From contig NIVC01001315.1 of NCBI GenBank assembly GCA_002269645.1, positions 124,001-188,000 of the forward strand: DNA of 64,000 bases. The letters run 5' to 3'. Below the pieces are notes generated by a model that searched no databases, was not told where the DNA came from, and was given only the letters and a program-made list of their open reading frames with translations. The stretch comes from Macrostomum lignano (lineage: Eukaryota). This document shows, piece after piece, positions 30,503 through 43,900 of this stretch. The translations under genes were made by a program, and so were the position numbers. Position 1 is the stretch's first letter. The number at the start of each line of letters is the position of its first letter.

Positions 30503-33500
30503 TCAGTGCGGCCGGGCCGCTTGCAGCTTGTTCGTTGACTCGGACAGGTGCCGCTGAAGCGAGCGCTGTCTCCGGCCGGGCTGTCCGCCGCCGCCGAGCC
30601 CTCCCGGCTGTCCGGAGGCGCCAGCGCCTTGGACACAGTCGCGGACGTGCAACGCCATGATGTCCACGGCGACTGAGTTGTCCGCGCCGCGGGGCAGTAT
30701 GAGGTCCGCGTACTTTTTAGTTGGCTGGCAAAACTCTTCGAAGGCCGGCTTCACGAATCTGGTGTAGCTCTGCAGTACCGTCTCCAGGTCTCTGCGACGG
30801 TAGAGGGTACACATGAAGGTCACTGCCCTTGTAGCGTTGGTGTACACATGAAGATCACTGCCCAATGTGCTGTTTGTTGTACTCATGAAGTCTTCTACTA
30901 TTCTATGTGCTATTCGGTGTACAAATGAAGGTCAATTGCCCGTTGTTTTTTGTGTAAAAATGAAAATCACTGACCAAGTGTGTTCGGCCCGGAGTAAAAA
31001 TGAAGGTCACTGCCCATGGTTTTCGGTGTACAAATGAAGGTTACTGCCCATGTGCTGTTCGGTGTACACATGAAGGTCACTACCCTGTGTTTTAGGTGAA
31101 CACATTGCCACTATCCTGTGTGGTGTTAGGTGAACACATTAAGGTCACTATCCTATGTGGTGTTTGGTGTACACATTAAGGCCGTTGTGGGAGTACACGC
31201 GCAGGTCACCGCTCTAAGCCTGCTAGCTATTAACACGTGACGGTAGCAAATTTATAACATCAACGAAAATAGCGCGGACCCTGCCATTACCTGCCCTGAT
31301 TCAGGTCGGTTCGGACTCTTCGGGCCAGTCGAGTGTCGGAGTCGCAGTCAACAAACAGTTTCACGTCCAGCAGATCGCGAACCTAACAAGCGGAGTTGCA
31401 GTTGGCGATGGTGAAGCTTCAACATTAACCTAAGCAGGTGTACAATAAATGCAAAGGGAAACTATATGCTCGAGTAATCAGATGTGCCAATCACGATTAA
31501 AGCTAATAAAAAGCAGAGCGTCTACTTTTTCAGTAGTTTGTCTGCGTAGTGTCACTTAAATTAATATGGAAAATAACTTTTTCTGAGTTAAAGTCTGTCT
31601 TTCTGTTTGTCTGTGTCTGTCTTTCTGTTTGTCTGTGTCTGTCTGTCAATCTGTGTCTGTCTGTCTTAGTGTCTGTCTGCCTGTCTGTCTGTCTTAGTGT
31701 CTGTCTGCCTGTCTGTCTGTCTTAGTGTCTGTCTGTCTGCCTGTCTGTCTGTCTTAGTGTCTGTCTGCCTGTCTGTCTGTCTTAGTGTCTGTCTGTCTGC
31801 CTGTCTGTCTGTCTTAGTGTCTGTCTGCCTGTCTTAGTGTCTGTCTGTCTTTCTGTCTGTCTGTGTCTGTCTGTCTGTCTTAGTGTCTGTCTGTCTGTCT
31901 TAGTGTCTACCTGTCTGTCTGTCTGTCTATCTGTCAGTCTGTCTGTCCGTCTGTCTGTGTCTGCCTGCCTGCCTGCCTGCCTGTCTGTCTGCCTGCCTGC
32001 CTGTCTGTCTGCCTGCCTGCCTGCCTGCCTGTCTGTGTCTGTCTATGTCTGCCCAGCAGCCACAGCGCACCTTTGAGCAGTAGAACAGCAGGATGCCCTC
32101 AACCAGCAGCACGTCAACCAGCGCCAAATCCTTCTGCTTGGCTGGGTCCTGCTGGTTGGCGGCCTTGTTGTACAGCGGCACAGAGACGGTCTTGCCCGAG
32201 CGGACATCGCTGAGAGTCTGGTGCAGCTGGTCAAAGTCGAATGCGTCTGTAATGTTAACGAAATACTACTCATGTTAATTTCAGGTCTTAGTAGTTTTAA
32301 ACTAAACTAGCATGCAAATTGAAGCAAATTAGCAGTGAAATTCGCAGCTTCAAGAGTCTCACCAGGATGATCGAAGTCAAAAAGGCCCTCCTTGGCTTTC
32401 AGCTGTTCCTCGCTGGTCAGCTCGCGGTAAAATGAGCTCATGCTGATCACATCCACTCGGTTCTGCTGCGACTCCACCTCGGAAATCTGCTTCATGATCT
32501 GCTCGCAGACTGAAGTCTAAAATTTAGAAAATGGTGTTTGATTTGTGGGTTGTCATGATAAAATCTGAAAAACGAGTGGTTGGTTTCAAGGGTGTCATTC
32601 CTTGAAAGGGTGAGATGAGAACTGAATTTAGTTTATCTGAGGAATGGGTGAAGGCGAAGCACACAGACAGGCCACCTCAAGTACAGTAGATTTGACATAA
32701 AAGGACAGGTAGTAATTTTGATCTAGAGTAGATAATATGCGATTATTATACTCTTCTTTTATGCTTACTTTACAAAGTTCCCTTTATTCGAATGGATGTT
32801 TACTAAAAAATAGATGTTACACAAGATCCTGATCCTAATTGCAGTCTTAGGATTGCATGGAAAGTTGGATTACTGCAACATTGGGATCCCATCCCAACCC
32901 TAAAAATGGGAATCAGGAATAGGTCTTTAGATTCAAAATTTGTAGAATTTGTGATTACTTGATTCAGTTGATTGAATGCATTTTGTTTTAACTTGTAATT
33001 GTTATACATCAAGTTATTTCATTTGTTACAAAACTTTGCAACTACTTTATCACCTTTCAATCTTGATATTGTTCAACATTTTTAACATCTGTTACTTATC
33101 CTCTTTTATCTTACATTGCTACTTTAATTTTAGCCTAAGCCTAGTTATGCCTATTAGTACTTTAATAGCTAATTTTTTTGTTTATCATATTATGTCTCAT
33201 AACTATACTTAGACTTACAAATTATAACACATTAAGACAAAAGACCTAAATCTTGATTTCTAAATCCTATTCCCAAACCCAAGAAAAACATTCCTAATCT
33301 TTCTAATCTAATATTTCTATTCTAATATTTCTTTCTAATTAATCTTTCCTAATCAATTCTACCTGATGACTTCAATTCTATCTAACCTTAACTAAAAGGT
33401 CATTAAAATAGAAAATTAATTTTTATATACTAAAATTTTTATTTCTTTTTAGTATCTTTAAATAAATACTAGGCAAATTATGTGTAAGCAAATGCATGCC

Positions 33501-36239
33501 AAAAAGTTTTAGCATACAGGCTACATTCTTGAGTATTTGACTAAGCTGCAGAAGGCTTTATGCATTTGGATATAGTAAAAGCATTGTCATCTATTTTGCT
33601 AATACTTAGCAACCATAGGCAACTAGTGCTACAGTATTGCATAGGTTGAATATGGCCTTTTACCTATCAAACCTTGTTTATATTGTTTTGTTAATACAAT
33701 TTGAAGCTAAATACAGTTTATTAAAAATTTTTAGGCTAATCCATTTTTGTTGGCTCTCTAATAGGGGGAAGCAATGATTATTAATTATATATTATAGACA
33801 CTCCCAGACTCCGGAAGGTTACATATATATATATGCAAGAAAATTCTGGCATACAAATGATCCTTTTCAAAGTTGGCATACAAATTCATGCAATTTTTTA
33901 TGTATTGGTTTCCCGACAGACATTCAGACAGACATTCAGAAATTGTTCATTAAATGTTTAACAAAATTGTCTATTTATTACGCAAGATACTGTGAATTTA
34001 TAGAAACTTTTACGCATGTCTCTGCTTTAAAAAGACACCTCAGACACACACAAAGACGCTTCACAAGCTGAGATATTCCCTAGCAACTGTTGTTACGACG
34101 TTTCCCAATATACCGAATACTGTATATAGTAGTTTTTTGAGAAGCCGCTACATCGTCCCACTTTGGTCTTTCTGCATGAAATTTGCACAGCTGTTTTACG
34201 CATGTTTTACGCAATTAAGATGATTTTTTGACTACATTAGCAGCTGAATTTTTAAAGAACATTGGCCATTTATTGAAAAAAATTTAATGGAAAAAATTAC
34301 ATGTATGCATGTAATTACGTGCACAACATGCATCAAAAATGAGCAGAGCAATAAGCATGAATAAAGCACAAATTTATGTGGTTGCACAAAAATGGCGCAC
34401 TGGTAGTCAGACACAAAGCCTGCGGAAAATCAGCCTTCAAAAATTTTTCTGTAGTTCGTGAGTGCCAAGTCCTTCTTCTCGCACTACAATGGTCCTTGCC
34501 TATATAGCCATTCGTAGACGTCAGTCTCTCACAAAGCCAAAAAATATGCTTACTTCTTCCTTGGTAGGGAAACTCATTGAGATGGTGACTAGGAACAAAG
34601 CCAAAATGCATATTGACAACCTCATGCCGAAAAAAAACTGTCAGATGAATTAAGTACCAAAATATGCTAGTGCTTATTGTACTCTTGCCAATATAAGATA
34701 GAGATATTGTAGTCAGCAGAGACAATTCATCCATATTGTCAAAATGAGCTTGTTAGTGAGAAAGATTATATACCAAAACAGGGTGCAGGCATATTCTGTG
34801 TTAGGCCTCTTGCGTAATGTACATGGCAAAATGACAACGAATGTACATAAAGAAAAACTGCCTCCTGTACAGTGTTAATATTGCTGATAGATCTGCCTAA
34901 AGTAAAGTGCTTCAGATCGGTAGAAGGCAAATACAAGTATAACGTACATTCCATGCCGGTGTCCAAATGCAAGTTAGATATGAGCATGCCTTCAGGCAAC
35001 CGTTGCTAGGGAATATCTCAGCTTGTGAAGCGTCTTTGTGTGTGTCTGAGGTGTCTTTTTAAAGCAGAGACATGCGTAAAACAGCTGTGCAAATTTCATG
35101 CAGAAAGACCAAAGTGGGACGATGTAGCGGCTTCTCAAAAAACTACTATATACAGTATTCGGTATATTGGGAAACGTCGTAACAACAGTTGCTAGGGAAT
35201 ATCTCAGCTTGTGAAGCGTCTTTGTGTGTGTCTGAGGTGTCTTTTTAAAGCAGAGACATGCGTAAAAGTTTCTATAAATTCACAGTATCTTGCGTAATAA
35301 ATAGACAATTTTGTTAAACATTTAATGAACAATTTCTGAATGTCTGTCTGAATGTCTGTCGGGAAACCAATACATCAATTTTTTGGCATACAAATTTTGG
35401 CACAAATTGATACAACTTTTTTGGCATACCAATTTTGGTGAATAAATTCATGCTATACATAAAAATTGTAATGTAATTAACATTCTTACATAAAATAAAG
35501 GAAAATTTATATAGTCTAGAAAGTTAGACTTTTCATATAAAAGCCTTTCTTAGGAAACTATACTTGTGTTGTGAAAACTGAATGACCTTTTTTAGGAAGA
35601 ATTTTTGACATACATTTTAGGGAAATTTTTTGCTTTTGGCATACACTGGCGTACATTTAGCTGAGATAGGATTCTTGTTACAGTGTACACTACTACACAA
35701 TCTAGACCCTAGAGACACTCTGCTTCTAATCTAAGTATATCTATGCTATGTCAATTGAGATATTTGTATATTTATATACTGATTTATAATTGTTATATTG
35801 AAAGAGAGTTAAATGAATGATTTGAGAATGCCCATTATTGCTTATAATTGGATGAAGAAAATTGGCATACATTGGTCTTGGACTAGTATAGGCCCTAAAA
35901 CAAATTTGGGTTACTAATATTAATTTGAGTATATACAGGCTATCTTCCTGGATGTGGCCATCTTATTATCAGCCATTGAATGTGCAAAGTGCATATTGAT
36001 AAGCTTTGACAGATGCATAGGGGTAGCAATAGCATATGCATATGCTATAGTCACTAGTCAGCATAGAGGCCTAACAATGACCTTGTTTTGTCCTTAATGC
36101 ACTCCAGACCTTACTATTTCAGCTGTCATTCCAGTGAAAATATATTTTTATTTTTTAAAACAAGAGAAGTGATTTTTACCTTTCCAGATGAGCTGCCTCC
36201 AGCTACACCTATTAAAATAGTTCGTTTTCTTTCTTGCAT
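30503..36239 (-). CDS. UCK: Uridine-cytidine kinase (256 aa); exons 36239-36180, 32516-32363, 32246-32071, 31382-31291, 30791-30503
   Basis: P-loop [76 protein letters not shown]. Junction phases 0, 1, 0, 2 are all consistent. Confidence 0.93.
30800..31180. repeat. Degenerate about 38-bp repeat (ggtgtacacatgaaggtcactgccc...) in UCK intron 4
   Basis: About 9 diverged copies. Confidence 0.7.
31595..32050. repeat. Compound (TGTC)n/(TGCC)n microsatellite in UCK intron 3
   Basis: Direct reading. Confidence 0.9.
33900..35375. mobile_element. Non-autonomous Mutator-like (MULE)/foldback DNA transposon with 306-bp TIRs and 9-bp TSD, in UCK intron 1
   Basis: Arm 33900-34205 is the reverse complement of 35070-35375 as far as read by eye. 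Identical CAATTTTTT flanks both sides (33891-33899 and 35376-35384). Confidence 0.88.
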
Positions 36240-37906
36240 TGTAGTTGTATGACTTGGAGTGGAGACCTAAATATAACTAATATTAAAAAAACAAGCTGGA
36301 TTTAAGCTAAAAACAGAAAAGGATTCTTCAAGACACTGTTTAGTATCTGGATTCGCACTAGAATATTGGCCTATCTCTACTATATCTACTTACTTACTCG
36401 CTGTAGAAGAAATATTATTTATTTGCAAAAACGAAAACGAAAAATAAAATTAAAAAAATTGTATAATGTAACTCCAATGCCAGCATTACGATAATATACG
36501 TGTTTAATTTTACTACGAACAAAATATAGAAATGTTAAGTGTATAATGGTCACATTTGATTTATTAGTAGTAAAATTTCTCACTTTGTTATAACGCTGGA
36601 ACAAAAATCCGAGCGCTTGAAACTTATAGAGTAAACCACTCTTGTATCTTATATTACTAGTAATAACAGCAGTCTTTAACATCTACTTCAATCTTCTTAA
36701 TGTTCTCTTAATGTTCTGTTAATCTTCTTCTCTTTTATAGCATACTTTTTAGCAGATTTATTCCTACATCTTACAACGTCAATATATCATCTACGTTTTT
36801 TTCCGGTTTTGCCAATGCTTAGTAAAGCGAATACCAGTTTCTTATATTTTTTGTGTAGGACTAAAACAGATTTTGGGTTACATATGAATGTCTAATTTTT
36901 TTAATGCTACTAATTGCAATTTTTTATATGTATTTAATCTCCTTAATATGCTTGTTTCACATTTAACTTCGAAAATCGTAAGGTATTTTAATGTACTTGT
37001 CTACCTGTCTTAGGCCTATTGTATTTTGTGCTATGTATTCAACATAGGCAAGAGAGACAAAAAACCATCGGATCGAAAGACTTTGTTTAGGCATGATTGA
37101 CAACTTTGAAAAGACGGTTTTCAACTGATAATAACAATTTAACGTTCCAATCCACATCTAAAATATTATTTTTAGTAATAGTTTAGATTAGAAATTAGAT
37201 GATATACCTTGAAATTATAACTTTCCACGATTACACGATTTTCCATGTCAATCAGTTAAGTACCACTACTACCAGGAAATACGTGATGGGACATAGGTGC
37301 CTAATGTAAACGTAAATACTGGTAATAGGAACAAAAACCACAATTAATAAAACCTGAATCACAATTGTAATTCAGATTTTTGTACATGTTAGCTTAGCAT
37401 AGCAATATCTCAATGCCACACCTACTCGATTTTAACACGTCAAAGATAGAGTGTGAAATGTTGTATAACATAAAATTACGACATTTTACCAAAATGCAAT
37501 ATATTGTTATATATTTTAATGATTTTTAAACTCAATTTTTTAACCTCTTTTTCTGATTTGATATTCAATTTTGTACTTATAGTTTCAGAATTTTAAAACA
37601 TATATCACAGGTATACATATCCTAAACATCAATATAAATTTTTATTGATAATTTTATATATAAATTTTATAAGTTAGGGTAAAAATAGCATATGAAAGTC
37701 AAGTTGTTTAAATGTCAATTGTCACTTGTACATGAAAAAACACAACTTGTTAGTTAAATAGTTATAGTCATGAATCATAGAAACCATTTCGATTTCTACT
37801 AAATTTCCTTTCTAATGCTTCATTATTGTTTATCTCCACTATGTAACTGATTTTGTTAGCTACCCTTCTCATTGATGTCCTAGCTGTTAACATTAGCCAG
37901 CTGCCA

Positions 37907-40900
37907 ATGGACATCCAGGAGCTGGAGGTGCTGGACAGCGCCATCAACGAAGCATTCGACCTATCGGCTCGGGAGCGAGTTCTGCTGAGAGAGCGGGTGC
38001 TCACCGATTTCTTTGGGGACAAGCAAGTTCTCGAGCCATTCTACCTCATCCTGGTGGACGTGCGGCTCTATCTGGTCCCCGTGAGATGCCTGCAGATGTC
38101 CGTTGGCTCCTCGTTAACTAAGCAGCCGCCCCGGCAGATTGTGCTGCACCACCTGGCCCACCTGAACAGCATCAAGTCCATCCGCGTGGAAACGCGACCA
38201 CCCAAGCTGGTGATCCCTCTAGTGGAGAAAATCCTCACGATGGTCATTGAAGTTCAGACGGCTCCAGCGGGAGGTGGTGAAGCCGGTACGGACGAGGGAC
38301 TGACGGGGCAGCGGACACTGAGTGGCACAGTGACAGCGACGGAGACCGACCTGGGGCTGGATTTAACGTGAGTTTGTGCAGATCGTCTGTTGTGCAGTGT
38401 GACAGCTGGTGCAGATCGGCTGTTGTGCAGTGTGACAGCTGGTGCAGATCGGCTGTTGTGCAGTGTGACAGCTGGTGCAGATCGGCTGTTGTGCAGTGTG
38501 ACAGCTGGTGCAGATCGGCTGTTGTGCAGTGTGACAGCTGGTGCAGATCGGCTGTTGTGAAGTGTGACAGCTGGTGCAGATCGTCTGTTGTGCAGTGTGA
38601 CAGCTGGTGCAGATTGGCTGTTGTGAAGTGTGACAGCTGGTGCAGATCGTCTGTTGTGCAGTGTGACAGCTGGTGCAGATTGGCTGTTGTGCAGTGTGAC
38701 AGCTGGTGCAGATCGGCTGTTGTGCAGTGTGACAGCTGGTGCAGATCGTCTGTTGTGCAGTGTGACAGCTGGTGCAGATCGGCTGTTGTGAAGTGTGACA
38801 GCTGGTGCAGATTGGCTGTTGTGCAGTGTGACAGCTGGTGCAGATTGGCTGTTGTGCAGTGTGACAGCTGGTGCAGATTGGCTGTTGTGCAGTGTGACAG
38901 CTGGTGCAGATCGGCTGTTGTGCAGTGTGACAGCTGGTGCAGATCGGCTGTTGTGAAGTGTGACAGCTGGTGCAGATCGTCTGTTGTGCAGTGTGACAGC
39001 TGGTGCAGATCGTCTGTTGTGCAGTGTGACAGCTGGTGCAGATTGGCTGTTGTGCAGTGTGACAGCTGGTGCAGATCGGCTGTTGTGCAGTGTGACAGCT
39101 GGTGCAGATCGGCTGTTGTGAAGTGTGACAGCTGGTGCAGATCGTCTGTTGTGCAGTGTGACAGCTGGTGCAGATCGTCTGTTGTGCAGTGTGACAGCTG
39201 GTGCAGATTGGCTGTTGTGCAGTGTGACAGCTGGTGCAGATCGGCTGTTGTGCAGTGTGACAGCTGGTGCAGATCGTCTGTTGTGCAGTGTGACAGCTGG
39301 TGCAGATCGTCTGTTGTGCAGTGTGACAGCTGGTGCAGATCGGCTGTTGTGCAGTGTGACAGCTGGTGCAGATTGGCTGTTGTGCAGTGTGACAGCTGGT
39401 GCAGATCGGCTGTTGTGCAGTGTGACAGCTGGTGCAGATCGGCTGTTGTGAAGTGTGACAGCTGGTGCAGATCGTCTGTTGTGCAGTGTGACAGCTGGTG
39501 CAGATCGTCTGTTGTGCAGTGTGACAGCTGGTGCAGATTGGCTGTTGTGCAGTGTGACAGCTGGTGCAGATCGGCTGTTGTGCAGTGTGACAGCTGGTGC
39601 AGATCGGCTGTTGTGCAGTGTGACAGCTGGTGCAGATCGGCTGTTGTGCAGTGTGACAGCTGGTGCAGATCGGCTGTTGTGAAGTGTGACAGCTGGTGCA
39701 GATCGGCTGTTGTGCAGTGTGACAGCTGGTGCAGATCGGCTGTTGTGAAGTGTGACAGCTGGTGCAGATCGGCTGTTGTGCAGTGTCACAGCTGGTGCAG
39801 ATCGGCTGTTGTGCAGTGTGACAGCTGGTGCAGATCGGCTGTTGTGAAGTGTGACAGCTGGTGCAGATCGGCTGTTGTGCAGTGTGACAGCTGGTGCAGA
39901 TCGGCTGTTGTGCAGTGTCACTGCTGGTGCAGATCGGCTGTTGTGCAGTGTCACTGCTGGTGCAGATCGCTTAGATAACCTGAAATTACACAACTAAAAT
40001 CACAGAGGCTTGGCGTCTGACCGACCGTCAGCGGCGGTCTCAGGCACCGCAGCGCCACCGCAGGCGGCAGCTTCGAGCACTCCTGAGCCGACCCAAGCGC
40101 TTGGCGCCGACGCAGCCGACGGCTCAACTGCGCAGAAGGCTGGTGGCGGCTGCGGCTCCCGGCGCCCTCGCAGAGGCCAGGCGTCTGACCAAGCGTCAGC
40201 GGCAGCGCCTGGCACTGCGGTGCCACCGCAGGCGGCAGCCTCCAGCGCTCCTGCCCAACCGACCCAAGCGCTTGGTGCCGAAGGCAGCGCAGCTGACGGC
40301 CCCGCTGCCAAGAGCGAAGGCGGCTGCTGCGGTGCCCGACGCTCTCGTGGAGGTTTGTCAACGTCTGACCGACCGTTACAGGTCCCCCAGGCGGCGACGG
40401 CTTCAAACGCTTCTGCCGCGCCAACCGCAGCGCATGACTCCGTTGCAGCTGACGGCGGCTCAACTGCCCAGAACGGCGGAGGCTGCTGCGGCTCCCGACG
40501 CAAAGGCCCGGCATCAGCGACAGCTCCAGGCACCGCACCGCCACCACAGGCGGCAGCGTCAAGCGCTCCTGCCGAGGCGACCTCAGCGATTGGTACTGGT
40601 GCAGCTGACGGCGGCTCAAATGCCCAGAAGGCTGGTGGCTGCTGCGGCTCCCGACGCTCTGGCAGAGGCCAGGCATCTGACCAACCGTCAGCAGCAGCTC
40701 CAAACCTCGCGGCGCCATCGCAGGCGGCAGCATCAAGCGCCTCTGCCGTGCCAACTGCAGCGCTTGGCTCCGACGCAGCTGACGGCGGTTCGACTGCACA
40801 GAATGGCGGGGGCTGCTGCGGCTCCCGACGCTCTCGCAGAGGCCCGGCGTCAGCGGCCGCTCCAGGCACCGCACCGCCACCACAGGCGGCAGCGTCAAGC

Positions 40901-43900
40901 GCTCCTGCCGAGGCAACCTCAGCGATTGGTACTGGTGCAGCTGACGGCGCCTCAAATGCCCAGAAGGCCGGTGGCTGCTGCGGCTCCCGACGCTCAGCTG
41001 CCGCCGCTGCCGCTGCAGACCCAGCGGACGCAGTCGGCAATGGCGGAAAGCCGCCAGAGGCAGCACCGGCCACCCGAACCGTCCGGATCTACCTGAACTA
41101 TTTCCGCAAGTCGCACCCGGACAGCGACTGGCCCTACCAGCAGCTGAAGGCTGCCTGGAGGAAGCAGGCGCTCAAGCGGACGCTCGAGTGCGACGCTGAC
41201 TACCTGCTGCTGACCACCCGGCGCAGCTCCGTGCGGCTCGGCGAGTCCGACTTCCGCCTGCTGTTCGACGGCCTGGTGGGCGACCTGGGGCGCGCGGTTG
41301 GGGACTCGGAGGCCCTCAGCGACCTCCTGCTTGAGCTCTTCATCTCCCTCAAGCGCTACTTTATCGTCAAGAAGTTGTTCTGGGAGACGCCCAGATTGTT
41401 GGAGCTGTTAGTTATCACCATGGAAACTGTTGCTAAGGAACAGCGCTCATTCGAGGCTCTAACGGAGATCGAGAGGCGGCAGCGCGGGAACCAGCTGAGG
41501 GTTCTGCTGCACGCCCTGCAGGCCCTGAACTGCTCCTTCGAGGTGCGGCAGGGGCACTGGCCGAAAACTTCATATTCGAAACCATCCACAGCTCTGTAGT
41601 TGGCTACAAGTTCTTTCATCAGTCAGGCATCACTCATAGTTGCCTACCCAACTCCGCTATCTACCACCTCTGTTCTCTACCCAACTCCGCCATCTACCAT
41701 CTCCGCCCTCTACCCAACTCCGCTATCTACCATCTCCACCCTCTACCAAACTCCGCTATCTACCATCTCCACCCTCTACCAAACTCCGCCATCTACCATC
41801 TCCGCCCTCTACCAAACTCCGCTATCTACAATCTCCACCCTCTACCAAATCCCGTTATCTACAATCTCCGCCCTCTACCAAACTCCGCTATCTACCATCT
41901 TCGCCCTCTACCAAACTCCGCTATCTACCATCTCCACCCTCTACCAAACTCCGCCATCTACCATCTCCGCCCTCTACCAAGCTCCGCCATCTACCATCTC
42001 CACCCTCTACAAAATCCCGCTATCTACAATCTCCACCCTCTACCAAGCTCCGCTATCTACAATCTCCACCCTCTACCAAATCCCGCTATCTACAATCTCC
42101 ACCCTCTACCAAATCCCGTTATCTACAATCTCCACCCTCTACCAAATCCCGCTATCTACAATCTCCACCCTCTACCAAATCCCGTTATCTACAATCTCCA
42201 CCCTCTACCAAACTCCGCTATCTACCATCTCCACCCTCTATCAAACTCTGCCATCTACCATCTCCGCCCTCTACCAAACTCCGCTATCTACCATCTCCAC
42301 CCTCTATCAAACTCTGCCATCTACCATCTCCGCCCTCTACCAAACTCCGCCATCTACCATCTCCACCCTCTACCAAACTCCGCCATCTACCATCTCCGCC
42401 CTCTATCAAACTCTGCCATCTACCATCTCCGCCCTCTACCAAACTCCGCCATCTACCATCTCCGCCCTCTACCAAACTCTGCCATCTACCACCTCCGCCC
42501 TCTACCAAACTCCGCTACGTTATTCCCCTTGCAGGAAACGGAGGCCCTGTCCAGCCGTCAGCGCTCGCTGCACCAGGGTGAGGGCCGCCTCATCCCGCTG
42601 CTGCTGAGCTCCCTCTGCTCTCTCATAGTGATCGCTGACGGCCGGCACACCTGGGGAGACGACGGCGAGCAAGAGATGGTCACGGAGCAGGTGACAACCT
42701 ACCGTGCCCTGCTGCTGGAGCGGGCGAGGACCTTCTATCACCTGATGGCCGGATGGTAAGTGTCGTATGATGAAGGCTCCTGCTGTTATTCAGATTTATT
42801 CCTTCCGTTCATACCAGATTCATAACAGTTCCTATTTTATGTTCTAGATCCAGGTTGATTAGATCCAGGTTGATTAGATCCATGTTAATTGGATCCAGGT
42901 TGATTAGATTCAGGTTGATTAGATCAAGGTTGATTAGATCCATGTTAATTGGATCCAGGTTGATTAGATTCAGGTTGATTAGATCAAGGTTGATTAGATC
43001 CTTGTTAATTGAATCCAGGTTGATTAGATCCTTGTTAATTGAATCCAGGTTGAGTAGATCCAGGTTGATTAGATCCAGGTTGATTATATCCAGGTTGATT
43101 AGATCCAGGTTGATTAGATCCAGGTTGAGTAGATCTAGGTTGATTAGACCCAGATTGAGTAGATCCAGGTTGATTAGATCCAGGTTGATTATATCCAGGT
43201 TGATTAGATCCAGGTTGATTAGATCCAGGTTGAGTAGATCTAGGTTGATTAGATCCAGGTTGATTAGATCCAGGTTGATTAGATCCAGGTTGATTAGATC
43301 CAGGTTGAGTAGATCTAGGTTGATTATATTCAGGTTGATTAGATCCAGGTTGATTATATCCAGGTTGATTAGATCCAGGTTGATTAGATCCAGGTTGAGT
43401 AGATCTAGGTTGATTAGACCCAGATTGAGTAGATCCAGGTTGATTAGATCCAGGTTGATTAGATCCAGGTTGAGTAGATCCAGGTTGATTAGATCCAGGT
43501 TGATTAGATCCAGGTTGAGTAGATCTAGGTTGATTATATTCAGGTTGATTGGATCCAGGTTGATTGGATCCAGGTTGATTAGATCCAGGTTGATTAGATC
43601 CAGGTTGAGTAGATCTAGGTTGATTAGATCCAGGTTGATTAGATCCAGGTTGATTAGATCCAGGTTGATTAGATCCAGGTTGAGTAGATCTAGGTTGATT
43701 AGACCCAGATTGATTAGATCCAGGTTGATTAGATCCAGGTTGATTAGATCCAGGTTGAGTAGATCCAGGTTGATTAGACCCAGATTGAGTAGATCCAGGT
43801 TGATTAGATCCAGGTTGATTAGATCCAGGTTGAGTAGATCTAGGTTGATTGGATCCAGGTTGATTGGATCCAGGTTGATTAGATCCAGGTTGAGTAGATC

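Noticed and set aside
40000-41096. Antisense and alternative-frame 330-370 aa ORFs over the DUF4551 exon (similar shadows over GPCR, Caprin and RTE)
   Set aside because: Expected shadows of GC-rich coding sequence, with no motifs of their own.
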